Source of the DNA: Octopus sinensis
Lineage: Eukaryota
NCBI RefSeq assembly: GCF_006345805.1
Contig: NC_042997.1
Span: 116,498,001 to 116,562,000 of the forward strand
DNA length: 64,000 nt
Reading direction: 5' to 3'
A program made the position numbers and the translations under genes. The notes beneath the pieces were generated by a model. That model searched no databases and had not been told where the DNA came from. It was given only the letters and a program-made list of their open reading frames with translations. Shown piece by piece: positions 41,343-53,604 of the stretch; the stretch's first letter is position 1; each line of letters starts with the position of its first letter.

Positions 41343-41423
41343 CATGAATTCCATAGGAAATAAAAGGATGAGTGAGTAATTCCAGCCAAGATAGTCGATT
41401 TTGACAATTTTTTGAAAGCAAGC
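41343..41423 (-). pseudogene. STK36: Duplicated 3' part of the STK36 exon at 53378-53604 ([26 protein letters not shown]) with its donor site
   Basis: Matches 53378-53458 with P>L, A>T and N>Y changes. G|gtgaat is kept and the native acceptor is absent. Confidence 0.85.
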
Positions 41424-44400
41424 TCTCTCACTGGAGCCTGGTGCAGCCTCCTGGCTTGCCAGTCCTCAGTCAAACTGTCCAACCCATGCCAGCATGGAAA
41501 GCAGATATTAAACGATAATGATGATGATAATGATGATGATTTAACGATGATGGGGAAGCAAGTATACTCAGTTTTGTTTGTGTGACACAGGAGACACAGG
41601 AACTGAGCCAACTCATTTTTGAAAGAAGGGGTATTTTCAAAATTCCCCACATTTCATATGATGCTTTATGCACATCGTATTCTTTTACTGGCCAACAGAA
41701 AGAGGTTGCTAGAAGTGATTTGCATGCGACTAATTAGTTTATAATATCATCAGCAAAAATTTAATCAGTGCAGTGAGGGTTTTAAATATTCTGAGAGGAA
41801 TCCAATGAGAATATTGGTGATTACATTGAAACGGCAGCAAGATGTGGATTTGAGACCCAGTGGATATTTGTAATTTTCTTCAAGCTTTATAGTTACATAA
41901 ATTCCCAAATTCAATAAAAATGCCATGTTTGAGGATTAATCCCAAAGCTAATCATAAATTTAATTTAATTGTTGAATTCATAAGAAACTACAATTGGTTT
42001 CTGTAAATTATTCTAAATGAGTCTCTCTAATGATTGTAAAATCTGGATTTTACAAGTTAGATTATGATTAAGCTGAGTGAAGACACACAGCGTAGTGGTA
42101 TGGATATTTGGCTTATGATAGTAAGGTCGTGAGTTCGATTCTCAGTAATGTGTTGTATGCTTGAGCAACACACTTTATATCACGTTGCACCAGTCCTCTC
42201 AACTAAGTAAAAATGATTAGAAAGACCAGCGATGTCATATTCTGTGTCATGCTGAATCCCCCTGGGAACTAAAGGGTATGCGTATCTGTGGAATACTCAG
42301 CCACTTGCACTTAAGTTTCATGAGTAAGCTGTTCTGTTGTTCAGATCAACTGGAACCCTCGTCATCATAACCAGTAAACTACCAGGATTTATGGCTACTA
42401 ACTCTAAAATTCCGAGTTCGATTCCAGGCAGTGACCTGAATAATAATAATAATAACATGGAAAAATACCTTAGGAATGAGAACCCAGGTGTATATCAGAT
42501 GAAACGTTGTGTTAACAACAAACAAGATGAGGACAAATATCCATCAAATGTAAATAATGTCAAGAGTTGTCAACATATTACTAAAGATCTGACTCCCTTC
42601 CCAAATACATATTCTTAATTAATTCCAGTTAATTAAAAAGAGACACCACAGGATCAAGAGGAACCTTTAGTCTTGTTGAGGACATGACAACCCCACAAAC
42701 TATAAAGTATCTGGCATACTCTATGAAATGATTAACAAATGATTGGAGATAACATCATGATCATCATCCATTTTCCATGCCAGCATGGGTTGGATGGTTT
42801 GATAGGAGCTGGCAAGCCAGAAAGCTGCACCAGGTCCAATTGTCTGTGTTGGCGTGGTTCCTACAGCTGGATGCCCTTCCTGGATGCAAATCACTTCTTG
42901 CAGCCTCTTTCTGTTGGCCAGTAAAAGAATATAATGTGCATAAAGCATCATATGAAATGTGGGGAATTTTGAAAATACCCCTTCTTTCAAAAACGAGTTG
43001 GCTCAGTTCCTGTAAAATGGTAATAATGATTACCAGAGTTGTCTCTCTCTTGTCTTTTCTGACCAGAATTGTTTATTTAGATAACAATTTCTTCACCCTT
43101 ACCCAGGGTGTAATATTAATTAAAATTTCCTAACACAAGCCACTTTACAGAGTGAACTTTATCATGGTACCATCACTTAATCAAGGTACTAGAGGTTACC
43201 TTGTTCCCAGCAAAACTTAAAGGTCATCGTTTCTATATTGAAACCCTTCATACAGGGCAACATGACCAAGAGAGTAAATAGGAGAGCAATGACAGAAGAA
43301 CTAGGGTGAGAAGGATAGAGAGCAGGGGTGAAGAGAGGTTGTCAGGAGAAACAGAGGTCTTTGACATTTTACTTCTGGCTGTGGCCATGCTGGGGCACCA
43401 CCTGAAAGAATTTTTAGTTGTATGAATTGACCCCATTATCTTGTATTTTTTAACAGGGTACTTATTCCATTGGTCTCTTTTGCCAAACTGCTAAGTTATG
43501 CGGATGTCAAGCAGTGGTGGGAGACAAACACACATGTAAGACAGGCTTCTTTCAGTTTCTGTCTACCAGATCCACTAACAAGGCTTTGGTCTGCACAAGA
43601 CTATAGTAGCAAACACATGCCCAAGGTGCCATGCAGTGGGACTGAAACTGAAACCATGTGATAGTGAAGCAAATTTCTTATTTTTCTATTGCCCACAAGG
43701 GGTTACACACAGAGGGGACAAACAAGGACAGACAAATGGATTAAGTCAATTATATCGACCCCAGTAGGTAACTGGTACTTAATTTATCGACCCCGAAAGG
43801 ATGAAAGGCAAAGTCGCCCTCGGCGGAATTTGAACTCAGAATGTAGCAGCAGACAAAATACCGCTTAGCATTTTGCCTGGTGTGCAAACGCTTCTGCCAG
43901 CTCGCCGCCTTTTAAACATAATGCGCTTCGCATTGTTTTAGCCTTCAAATGATGCCACCCCACTGGCTAAGCGAGCAGGCCAACAGAAGAAAGAGTGAGA
44001 GAAAGTTGTAGTGAAAGAGTACAGCAGGGAATGCCACCATCCCCTGCCGGAGCCTCGTGGAGCTTTAGGTGTTTTCGCTCAATATACACTCACAACGCCT
44101 GGTCTGGGAATCGAAACTGCGATCCTACGACCGCCAGTCCGCTGCCCTTACCACACAGCCACACCTGTGCCTATTGAGACAATCTAAATTTATTTCCCTA
44201 CACAAATGCCACTGAATGTGATAACTTCATTTTTAAGATCAGATATTTTCTTTTTCCTTTCATGCTTTCTATCAGCAAAATAAGCATTACACAGATCTGT
44301 TAACGATCCTGGATTTGCAACTAAAGTCAGGAAAAACATCTGAGTAAAATGGCTTTTACTGCTTTCAGATTCCTCTTGAATTATTGGTAATCAATAAATT

Positions 44401-44962
44401 TTTTAAATCTCAAATACCACCAAGGTCAACTTTACCATTTTTCTTTCAAAGTTAAATAAAGGAAAACTCGGTATTTGCAATTGAAAGAGAATTAAATTAA
44501 AGTGCCATCTGTGTATCATTCTAAATGTATACACAATTAAAAGATATGAAGCTATGGAATTGGCTGTGATGTTATCTTTTCATAGATTTGCTGTGTGAAA
44601 AACTATATATCTCAGAGTTTTTCCTCAGCCTGGCAAGCTTCTTCAATACCAGTGAATGTTTTATCTATATAAGTGCAGGTGTGGCTGTGAGGTAAACAGT
44701 CCCTGTGTCAACTACATGGTTACCGGTTCAGTTCTACTGTGTGGAACCTTGGGCAAGGGTTTTCTACCATAGCCTCAGGCCAACCAAATCCTTGTGAGTG
44801 GATTTGGTAGACAGAAACTGAAAGAAACCCATCAAACACACACACACACCCATCATCATCATCGTTTGATGTCCGCTTTCCATGCTGGCATGGGTTGGAC
44901 GGTTTGACTGAGGACTGGTAAGCCAGAAGGCTGTACCACACACACACACACATATATATATA

Positions 44963-45013
<51 letters not shown>

Positions 45014-45559
45014 TTGTGTGTGTGTGGTTGTCTCCCACCACTGCTTGGTAACCTGTGTTCATGTTCCGATATCTTGATGGTTTGGCAAAAGAGACCAATA
45101 GAATAAGTCATCATCATCATCATTTAACGTCCGTTTTCCATGGTGGCATGGGTTGGGCGGTTTGACTGAGGTCTGGGAAGCCAGGTGGCTGCACCAGCCC
45201 CAATCTGATCTGGCAGTGTTTCTACAGCTGGATGCCCTTCCTTATGCCAACTACTCCGAGAATGCAGTGGGTGCGTTTTACGTGCCACCGGCACAGGGGC
45301 CAGAGGAGCTGGCATTAACCATGATCGGATGGTGCTTTTTACGTGCCACCAGCATAGAAACCTGTCAAGGTGGCACTGGCATCAACCACATTCCGATGGT
45401 GCTTTTTACGGCACTGGCATCGGCCACATTTGGATGGTGCTTTTTACATGCCACCAGCACGAGGGTCACAACTACAATTTCCATTTATAATAATAATAAT
45501 AATAATGATAATAATAATAATTATGAAATTATTGTATACAGTGCTCAGGTACACCACAA

Positions 45560-46830
45560 CTTGTCAGAGAGTGTGTATAAAGTATATACAGTAATGTACA
45601 AATGTCTGGAAAGCGAACAGTGTATGAGTCAGATACATGCTTGCGTGTGTATGGAGGGGAGAAAATCAGGTGTAGTGTTGGCGAATCTCAGAAAGCATGG
45701 AAGTTTTGAAGGATGCAGTGCTCCGACAACTAACAACTGATGCCGGCAGTTTGTTCCATGCTTCAGCAACTCTCAGCATGAAAAAAATGTTTCCTAAAGT
45801 CATGGGAGCTGTGCTGTTTTCTGACTTTGTAAATATGTCCACAGGTGTTAGACGGGTGGAGTTTGAAAAGATGCTCAGAGTTATTGTTCGTAAGATGGTT
45901 AATAATTTTATGGGTGTCTGCCAAGTCAGCTGCCAGACGTCGGAGTTTCAATGTGTCCATGCCCAGGGAAGTAAGGCATTCAGAATATGGCAAATGCCTG
46001 ATGGAGGGTATTCTTTTGGTTGCACGTCGCTGAACGGCTTCCAGACAATTAATATCCTGGGCAAGATAGGGGTTCCAGACCGGTGATGCAAATTCCAGGT
46101 GAGGCCTTACCATAGCTATATAAAGCCGCAGATAGATAGCCGGAGAGCGGCTCACAAAGGATGCCAAGACACCCTCAGCCTTCTTGGCAATTTTAGCGAT
46201 GTGTTTTGTCCAACGCAAATCGCTGTCGACAATAACACCCAGGTCATGTTCACACGAAGACTTTTTGAGATTAGTGTTGTGGAGGGAGTAAGTGGACACT
46301 GGGTTTCCCCTCCCAAAATGCATGGTGGTACATTTGTCCACAGCCAGCTTGAGTTGCCAGTCCATGTTCCACTGCTGCATTGTGTCCAGGTCTGCTTGCA
46401 ATAGAGATCTATAGTGTACAGGATCTGACCTCTTTATTTCGATGTACAGCTTGATGTCATCTGCATATTTCAGCACTGTGGCATTCTTTAAGTTGGCATC
46501 TATGTCATTAACATATGCAAAAAATAAAAGGGGGCCAAGAACAGATCCCTGTGGTACACCAGATGACATCTCATAGGGTGAAGAGTGCTGTCCAAGAACT
46601 GTGACAACCTCTTTACGGCCGAAAATAAAGGACTTCAACCAGTTATGGAGTTCATCCCTTATGCCCAACGCAGAGAGTTTCACCATAAGTCTTTTGTGTG
46701 GCACAGAGTTAAAAGCCTTAGCAAAGTCCAGGTAAACAACATCCACCCAGGATCCATGATCAATGATTTGGGTAATGTCCTCAAGAAACTCGATGAGTTG
46801 ATTACAGCAGCTGGAGTTAGGAATAAATTT
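45560..46830 (-). mobile_element. 5'-truncated CR1/L2-group LINE (RT C-terminal half)
   Basis: ORF 45763..46746 has DVVYLDFAKAF, SGVPQGSVLGPLLF, YADDIK, DLGV and P+W.PY motifs. A short related piece lies at about 57775-57830 (+). Confidence 0.92.
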
Positions 46831-48064
46831 GATTTGATTTGATTTTGATCAGGCTTAAAAAAATAAAAAATACAGGGTCAATTCATTTAACCGGAATTCT
46901 TTACGGCAGTGCTCCATTATGGCTGCAATCTAATGACTGAAATGAGGTAAAAAATAGATATCAAGACATGAATTCCATTCAAGCAAATGACTATCGTTTG
47001 CATGACACTGATAAACCTCACGAGAGAGAAAACATTCCTGTTGTTCTCTTGAGTCATTGCAGCAATGAGGTTCATCTCACTCTAATATATAGAAAGTGAA
47101 GATGGTGAACTGGCAGAAACATTAGCACGCTGGGCGAAATGCTTAGTGGTATTTCGTCTGTCTTTACGTTCTGAGTTCAAATTCCACCAAGGTTGGCTTT
47201 GCCTTTCATCCTTTCATGGTCGATAAATTAGGTACCAGTTGTGTACTGGGGTCGATTTAATCAACTAGCCCCCTTACCAAAATATTTCTAGGTGTTGTGC
47301 CTAGAGTAGAAAAGATTATCTTTTTAAAGGTGGCGAGCTGGTAGAAACAATAACATGCCGGGTGAAATGCTTAGCAGTATTTCGTCCGTCTTTGCGTTCT
47401 GAGTTCAAATTCCACCTAGGTCAACTTTGCCTTTCATTCTTGCGGAGTTGATAAATTAGGTAGCAGTTGCATACTGGGTCGATCTAATTGACTGGCCCCC
47501 CTCACCAAAATATTTCTAGGCCTTATGCCTAGAGTAGAAAAGAATATATAGAAAGTGATTTTATCACAAGATATATTAAAAGATTTTATCTCAGACAAAA
47601 ACCAGAGCATTATGCCTATTAACAGTGTATATACTTCTAGTAAGATTCACAGATGACGATTTATGCAAGAAATTAATAAATTAGTAAAACTAATACATTT
47701 TGATGAGAAAGTAAATTCCATATCGTTAGGATAAAACAGATTAAAAATCAAACATCCGTTTAGACATCAAGTTGTAGTTTGTCTATTTTATTTGTGTGTG
47801 TAGAATTTATAAACTTCCAATGATTGTCTAGCATTTAAAATCAAAAAGCATTGCGGAATTTTTTTTTTTTTTAAATCAATATCTATTGTAAACAAATCGT
47901 TTTAGTGAATTTCCCTTAGAATTATTTTGGTGAAATTTTGGATTTGTACTTGGTCTGGTTGATGATTTTGATCTGAGGCCGTGTATTGAAACTAAAACAA
48001 TAACAGCATTGAATACACATATCAACCATTCAAAGAACATAAAAACTGTTAACTTCACTCAAAC

Positions 48065-48161
48065 ATTTATTATCATAATAATAATAATAATAGTAATGAT
48101 AATAATAAAATAGTAATAATAGTAATGATAATAATAAAATAGTAATAATAATAATAATAAA

Positions 48162-48218
<57 letters not shown>

Positions 48219-48340
48219 TAGTAATAATAATAATAATAAAATAGTAATAATAATAATAAAATAGTAATAATAATAATAATAATAAAATAGTAATAATGAT
48301 AATGATAATAAAATAGTAATAATAATAATAATAATAAATG
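48065..48340. repeat. Interrupted (AAT)n microsatellite
   Basis: (AAT)n with recurring aaaatagt interruptions. Confidence 0.95.
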
Positions 48341-49682
48341 TTTAAATGAAGTTTTTGTTAATAATAATTAATATTCTTTCATGCCGTAATTGTTTATTTT
48401 ATTAAGAGATAGTTAAAAACTAATTTTTTTTTTAAATGAGTAAATGAAAAAAAAATTCCTTTCAGCATTGATAAAAAAATTTCGAAATGTGATTTTAATT
48501 AAAATTCCTGTTTATTTCTTTAATAAACATCATTAGAGACTGAAGTTCATCAAACACATCAACATACAAACCGCCAAGTTTGAGAGAGTTGTTTCCCTTA
48601 CTCTTTTGTATTTTGATATTTATGTGACGATAAAGTCGCAGAGAGTTCTTTCCCTTAGATTTCTTAACGCATTTCAGAAACATCGTTTCTGTGAATATAT
48701 GGATGAGTGTGTATGTTTTGTTGCGTGTGCGTGCATGCATGTGCACGCAGGGTGCGTAACTTATTTGAGGACAGATTTATGTTTATAAAAAAAAAACATA
48801 CTATCAAATAGTAACTTTATTTATCAAAAATGCAATGGAGGTAAAATTAAACCTTCTTTTCAATAAAGCTACCTTCAGCGTCAACAACGGTTTCTCTATG
48901 AGATCTAAATCATTTTCATGCTCGAATCCAGTGGTCCTGGTTCATTTTGGACATTACTCTGATTGTGGCAGCTTTCAAAGAATCTTTGGTGTTACGGGCA
49001 TGTTCATTGACGTCTCTCTCAACATTGTCTGTTTTGGCATGGTTTTTTTGGCTGGGTGTCCTTCCTGATGCCAACAAATACGTTTAACCCTTAGCATTTA
49101 AACTAGCCATATTTGGCATAAATATTCAACAAGGTTCATATTCAAGCTGTCTAGATCTGGCCTCTTACACCTACTCTACAATGTCATTCTAAAAATAAAC
49201 AATCGTGTCATTCAACTCCCAAAGCTATGAGATAATGCACGATTACTTCAGAACATCATCATCATTTAACATCCGTTATCCATGCTGGCATGAGTTGTGA
49301 ACAAATAAGCATTATATTTGACAGAACAATCAAAATGCTAAAGACTTAAGCAAGAGACAAATATATTTAAGAATGAAGAATCATCATCGTTTAACGTCCG
49401 TTTTCCATGCTAGCATGGGTTGGACGGTTTGACCGGGGTCTGGTAAGCCATGGACGCTGTACTAGGCTCCAGTCTGATTTGGCAGTGTTTCTACAGCTGG
49501 ATGCCCTTCCTAATGCCAACCACTCTGAGAGTGTAGTGAGTGTTTTTTTACGTGCCACCGGCACAGGGGCCAGAGCAGGCTGGCAAACGGCCACAATCGG
49601 TTGGTTCTTTTACGTGTCACCGACGCGGATGCCAGTCAGGCGGCGCCGGCATAGAATAAATTAAGAATATTGTTTAACTCAC

Positions 49683-49769
49683 GTCTTTGTCTTTGACAGA
49701 TGGTTTCTCAACTGTTGCTTCATCTGTACTCTTTTGTACTTCTTTAACATTCTTAATGAGATTTTCTTT
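49683..49769 (-). CDS. STK36: Probable STK36 exon (KENLIKNVKEVQKSTDEATVEKPSVKDKD)
   Basis: ctttcag| acceptor, GAC|gtgagt donor, 87 nt, phase 0-0, open. Low-complexity linker, so supported by splice sites and phase only. Confidence 0.7.
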
Positions 49770-50146
49770 CTGAAAGCAGACAATCATACAACTTCTATTT
49801 CAATAATTAATCTTTAGTAACAATAAACAAAAAAGTAATTCAGCTTTAAATTGAATTTAACAAAACAAATTCTCTTTGTGTGTATGTTTCTGCATGTGCA
49901 TGTATTCGTGCATGTGAGTGTATGTGCTTCTTTTTGTATGTGTATGTATGTGTTTATGCCTGTGTTTGACCCCTGCCTACACTTGGCAACTGTGATTAGT
50001 GTGTTTACATCTCCATAACTTAGCAGGTCAGCAAAAAGAGCCTGACAGAATAAGTACCAAGGAAAAGAAAGTGCTGGGGTTGATTCGCTCAACTAAAATC
50101 CACATAGAAACAAGTTACAGGCAGAAGATAAAATAAATGCATTCAC

Positions 50147-50307
50147 CTTCCGTTTCTCTTCATTGGCCTTTCTTTGAGCTTTTGCCAAGATCTTTGGAAC
50201 CCCAGGTGGCCGCCTCCGCTCTTTGATCTGTTGCTCCTTTTTTAATACCATTGAAGCAGTAAGTGGCTGAGTGAATGGGCTTGGGCGCTTCATGTCTTCT
50301 TCGGTCA
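50147..50307 (-). CDS. STK36: STK36 exon (VTEEDMKRPSPFTQPLTASMVLKKEQQIKERRRPPGVPKILAKAQRKANEEKRK)
   Basis: Phase 1-0, 161 nt, AAG|gtgaat donor. The acceptor is an atypical gaag| about 20 nt after a poly-T tract. Resembles the post-kinase PFT...KEQ segment of STK36. Confidence 0.85.
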
Positions 50308-50789
50308 CTTCAATCGTATTTCGGAGATAAAAAAAAAAAGAAATTAGAAATATTATTACAACATTTAGGTTTTGTGTGGAAGTGCATGGCTTAGTGGGCA
50401 GGGTGTTGGGCTCATGGTTTTATGATTGTGATTTCAATTCCTGGACCAGGCAATGCATTGTGTTCTTGAGCAAAACACTTCATTTCATGTTGCTCCAGTC
50501 CACTCGGCTGATAAAGATGAGTAAACCTGTAATGGACTAGGGTCTTATCCGAGGAGGAACATATACGCCAGAGAAACCAGGAAACAAGCCCTATGCCCCT
50601 TACAGGGTAATGTGAAGTAACCATTTAGGTTTTTAAGGTTTTTAAAGAAGAGGCAGCAACATGATCACTTCTTAAATCCCATTTTACAATTAGATTTAAA
50701 TTGACCTGACAAATGAAGTGAGTTCATGGCTCACAGGATGGCCTACTGTGCTAACCTTGGATCGTAGAGTGACCTGCTGTTCTTGAGGA

Positions 50790-51180
50790 GACCTATTGAG
50801 TCAAGTATGTCAACACCAACATCAAAATGAAAATCAAATGGAAATTGTAGTTAAGATACCCATGCCGGTGACACGTTAAAAGCACCGTCCAAACGTGGCT
50901 GATGCCAGTGCCACCTGACTGGCATCCATGTCGGTGACACGTAAAAGCACCAACCAATCGTGGCCATTTGCCAGCCTCTTCTGGCCCCTGTGCTGGTGGC
51001 ACATAAAAAGCACCCACTATACTCACGGAGTGGTTAGCATTAGGAAAGGCATTCAGCTGTAGAAACACTACAAGATCAGATTGGAGCCTGGCGTAGCCTT
51101 CTGGCTTCCCAGACCCCGGTCGAACCGTCCAACCCATGCTAGCATGGAAAACGGACGTTAAACGATGATGATGAGGATGA
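50790..51180 (+). mobile_element. SINE-like family C ending in (GAT)n, with an RTE-like tail (gttggcgttaggaagggcatccagctgtagaaac) and a variable array of about 55-65-nt modules; at least 15 copies
   Basis: Copies near 35430, 58730, 60800 (+) and 1, 1580, 5278, 30420, 36650, 45110, 49382, 56635 (-). This family explains most of the 'FYVPPAQ' and 'VLFMCHRHR' ORFs. Confidence 0.85.
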
Positions 51181-51987
51181 TGACCTCTATTACTTGACCC
51201 AAGGCCAATACTTATAAATAAACAGTCATGAACAATAGAGTCAAATGGCACCTGTTCTGTCAACTGGAGAGATGAAAGGCAGGAAATAAAATCAAATCAA
51301 TCTCAGTAGGATTTGAACTTGGAACAGAGAGGGACAAAACTAAATACTGCAAGACCTATCAGTCATTGGGTATAAAGTTATGGTCAGCAAAAACCTATTT
51401 TGAAATCCAAATTTTGCAAATGCTGCCAATAAAATGTGATGTCTATTCTGGTAATATAATTAGGAAACATATGACCACCACTACCATCATCATCATCATC
51501 CATGCAGGGGTCAAGGCAAATTCATTAAAGTAGATCTGCTATATCTGGATGCCTTTCCTGTTACTAACACTCATCTGTATCTAATCTATGTCGTGTCCTT
51601 GAGTGGAACTTATAAGAACCTATGGAAAGAAGCCACCAAGACATAAACTGTTACTAGACTGTCAACAGGGATCTCCTTCCCCAAACAAACACTGGAGCAG
51701 CATACTGACAATGGTCAAAATTGTCTCTGGAAATGTCTGCTGGGGTGCTTTGACTGGTTTATGGGTCTCGCTATGTCGGAAAATCATGTTCACAACCGTA
51801 TATGTCTTTTATGGAGAGGAAGAACCTATAATACATAATAACAGGAAACACAGACTCTGACACAGCTGTCTTAAAGTTCTGACAGCAATGGAACTAGTTA
51901 CCATTGAAACTTAATGTAGTAAATAACAACAAAAATAATTACATTATTTACATTTGACGAATATTTGTCCTCATCTTGTTTGTTGTT

Positions 51988-52033
51988 AACATAACGTTTC
52001 GGCTGATATACCCTCCAGCCTTCATTGGGTGTG
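51988..52033 (-). ncRNA. Degenerate hammerhead motif (core CCAAUGA; keeps the palindromic AACGUU)
   Basis: CACAC-CCAATGA-A-GGCTG...CAGCC-GAAA-CGTT-ATGTT. Copies at 8845-8890 and about 42490-42512 are also mutated or partly deleted. Confidence 0.55.
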
Positions 52034-52685
52034 TTGGGGGAAATTTCACACCTGGATTCTCATTTCTAAGGTATTTTTTGATGTTATCGTTAATATTATT
52101 ATTGTTCAGGTCATTGCTTGGAATCGAACATGGAATCTTGGGGTTAGTAGCCTGCACTCTTAACCACTATGCCATAAGCCCACGGGCATATGGCGTAGTG
52201 GTTAAGAGCATGAGCTACTAATCCCAAGATTCCGAGTTCGATTCCAGGTAGTCACCTGAATAATAATAATAACAACAACAACATTGAAAAATACCTTAGG
52301 AACAAGAACCCCAATGTTTCACTGGTACTTAATTTATTGACTCGAAAAGATGAAAGGCAAAGTCAACCTTAGTAGAATTTGAACTCAGAATGTAAAGACA
52401 GGCAAAATACCACTACGCATTTTACCCAGCGCTCTAATGATTCTGCCAGCTCATCACCATAATAATAATAATGATGATGATGATATAATAATAATGATTT
52501 ATTTATCAACCACAAGTATTTACATTAAGAAAAGCATTATGGATAGCACAGGCCAAAACAAAGAATCTGTGTGTGTATGTGTGAGTGCGTGTCGTTGTGA
52601 GGGTTTTGCATGTAAACAAGACTAACAAAATTTTTTTTTAAATCAAAGAAAGAAAGAAATCAACAAATAATAATAATAATAATAA

Positions 52686-53335
52686 ATGACCTGATGTTGT
52701 ACCAGGCAGTGGCTCTCATGAGTTCTGATCTTAACTAACTGGAAGTGTTATCATGAACATTGCTTTGTCTTGGTATAAAAGATGGGCTACAGCAAATATT
52801 CTGCTCAATACCACAGACTTGCTTGTCAGTTGTTTGATCTTAACCAGTTGACCATGTCCTTTAGTGGCTGACGATATGTGCATCACTGATCATGAGCAGA
52901 AGTAGTGGGAGAGCATCATAGCCATGTGTTGAAAGGATACTTTGGGATTTGAATAATTCACCTCTGGAAACATGAGTGTTCAACATCCTTAAACAACCCT
53001 TATTCAGGGACCTTTTGAGCAAGATGGGCTACTTGACCTGGTGAAAATTCTTGGAGGTTTTGATAATTCACCTTTGGAAAGATGGGTGGTTCATTCAACA
53101 TCCTTAAACAATCCTTATTCAGGGATTTGAACGTGATGGGCTACTCAACTAGAAGAAAATTCTAACTGGGCCCCACCTGCAAGGTCATGCGCTGTTTATC
53201 TTGATATGAGATCACCATGTCGTGCACATATGGTTGTGATGCATGCACCTGGTGTAACCTTATCGGACAGGTAGTCATGATGGGTATACTGGGCTTTGTA
53301 TATTTTACCCCAGTGTCACTTTAATGGCATGAAAA
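52686..53335 (-). mobile_element. Dispersed LINE-3'-end-like repeat flanked by (TAA)n on both sides; second copy at about 40756-41295
   Basis: Two copies about 90% alike by eye. The 53-kb copy has an internal tandem duplication of about 115 bp. The family assignment (Dong/R4-like TAA targeting) is inference only. Confidence 0.6.
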
Positions 53336-53377
53336 TAATAATAATAATAATAATAATAATATAAATAACATATTCAC

Positions 53378-53604
53378 CATGAATTCCATTGGAAATAAAA
53401 GGATGAGCGAGTAATTCTGGCCAAGATAGTCGATTTTGACAATTTTTTGAAAGCAAGCCTTGTAAAAAATCCTTAAAGATTGGACTCATATTTTTTGGCC
53501 ATGGTACAGGATCTTTAACAATTAGACTTGCCAGCTGGAAGATATTGTTTGTATAAAACGGAGGCATCCCCGTATATAATTCATATAAAATACAACCAAG
53601 AGCC
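53378..53604 (-). CDS. STK36: STK36 exon, end of kinase domain ([75 protein letters not shown])
   Basis: tttcag| acceptor, G|gtgaat donor, 227 nt, phase 2-1. Overlaps ORF 53316..53567. Confidence 0.96.

Noticed and set aside
44200-44370. Open stretch on minus (…FTQMFFLTLVANPGSLTDLCNAYFAD…)
   Set aside because: Poor splice sites, and the AYF-like motif is already accounted for by exon 25616-25713.
48835-49068. Coding-looking 77-aa ORF
   Set aside because: No recognisable motif, and the minus-strand frames have stops, so it cannot be placed in STK36.
52190-52250. Possible true tRNA genes (also heads at 8709, 8395, 34395)
   Set aside because: No complete cloverleaf or acceptor stem; each continues into a repeat body, so they are SINE heads.
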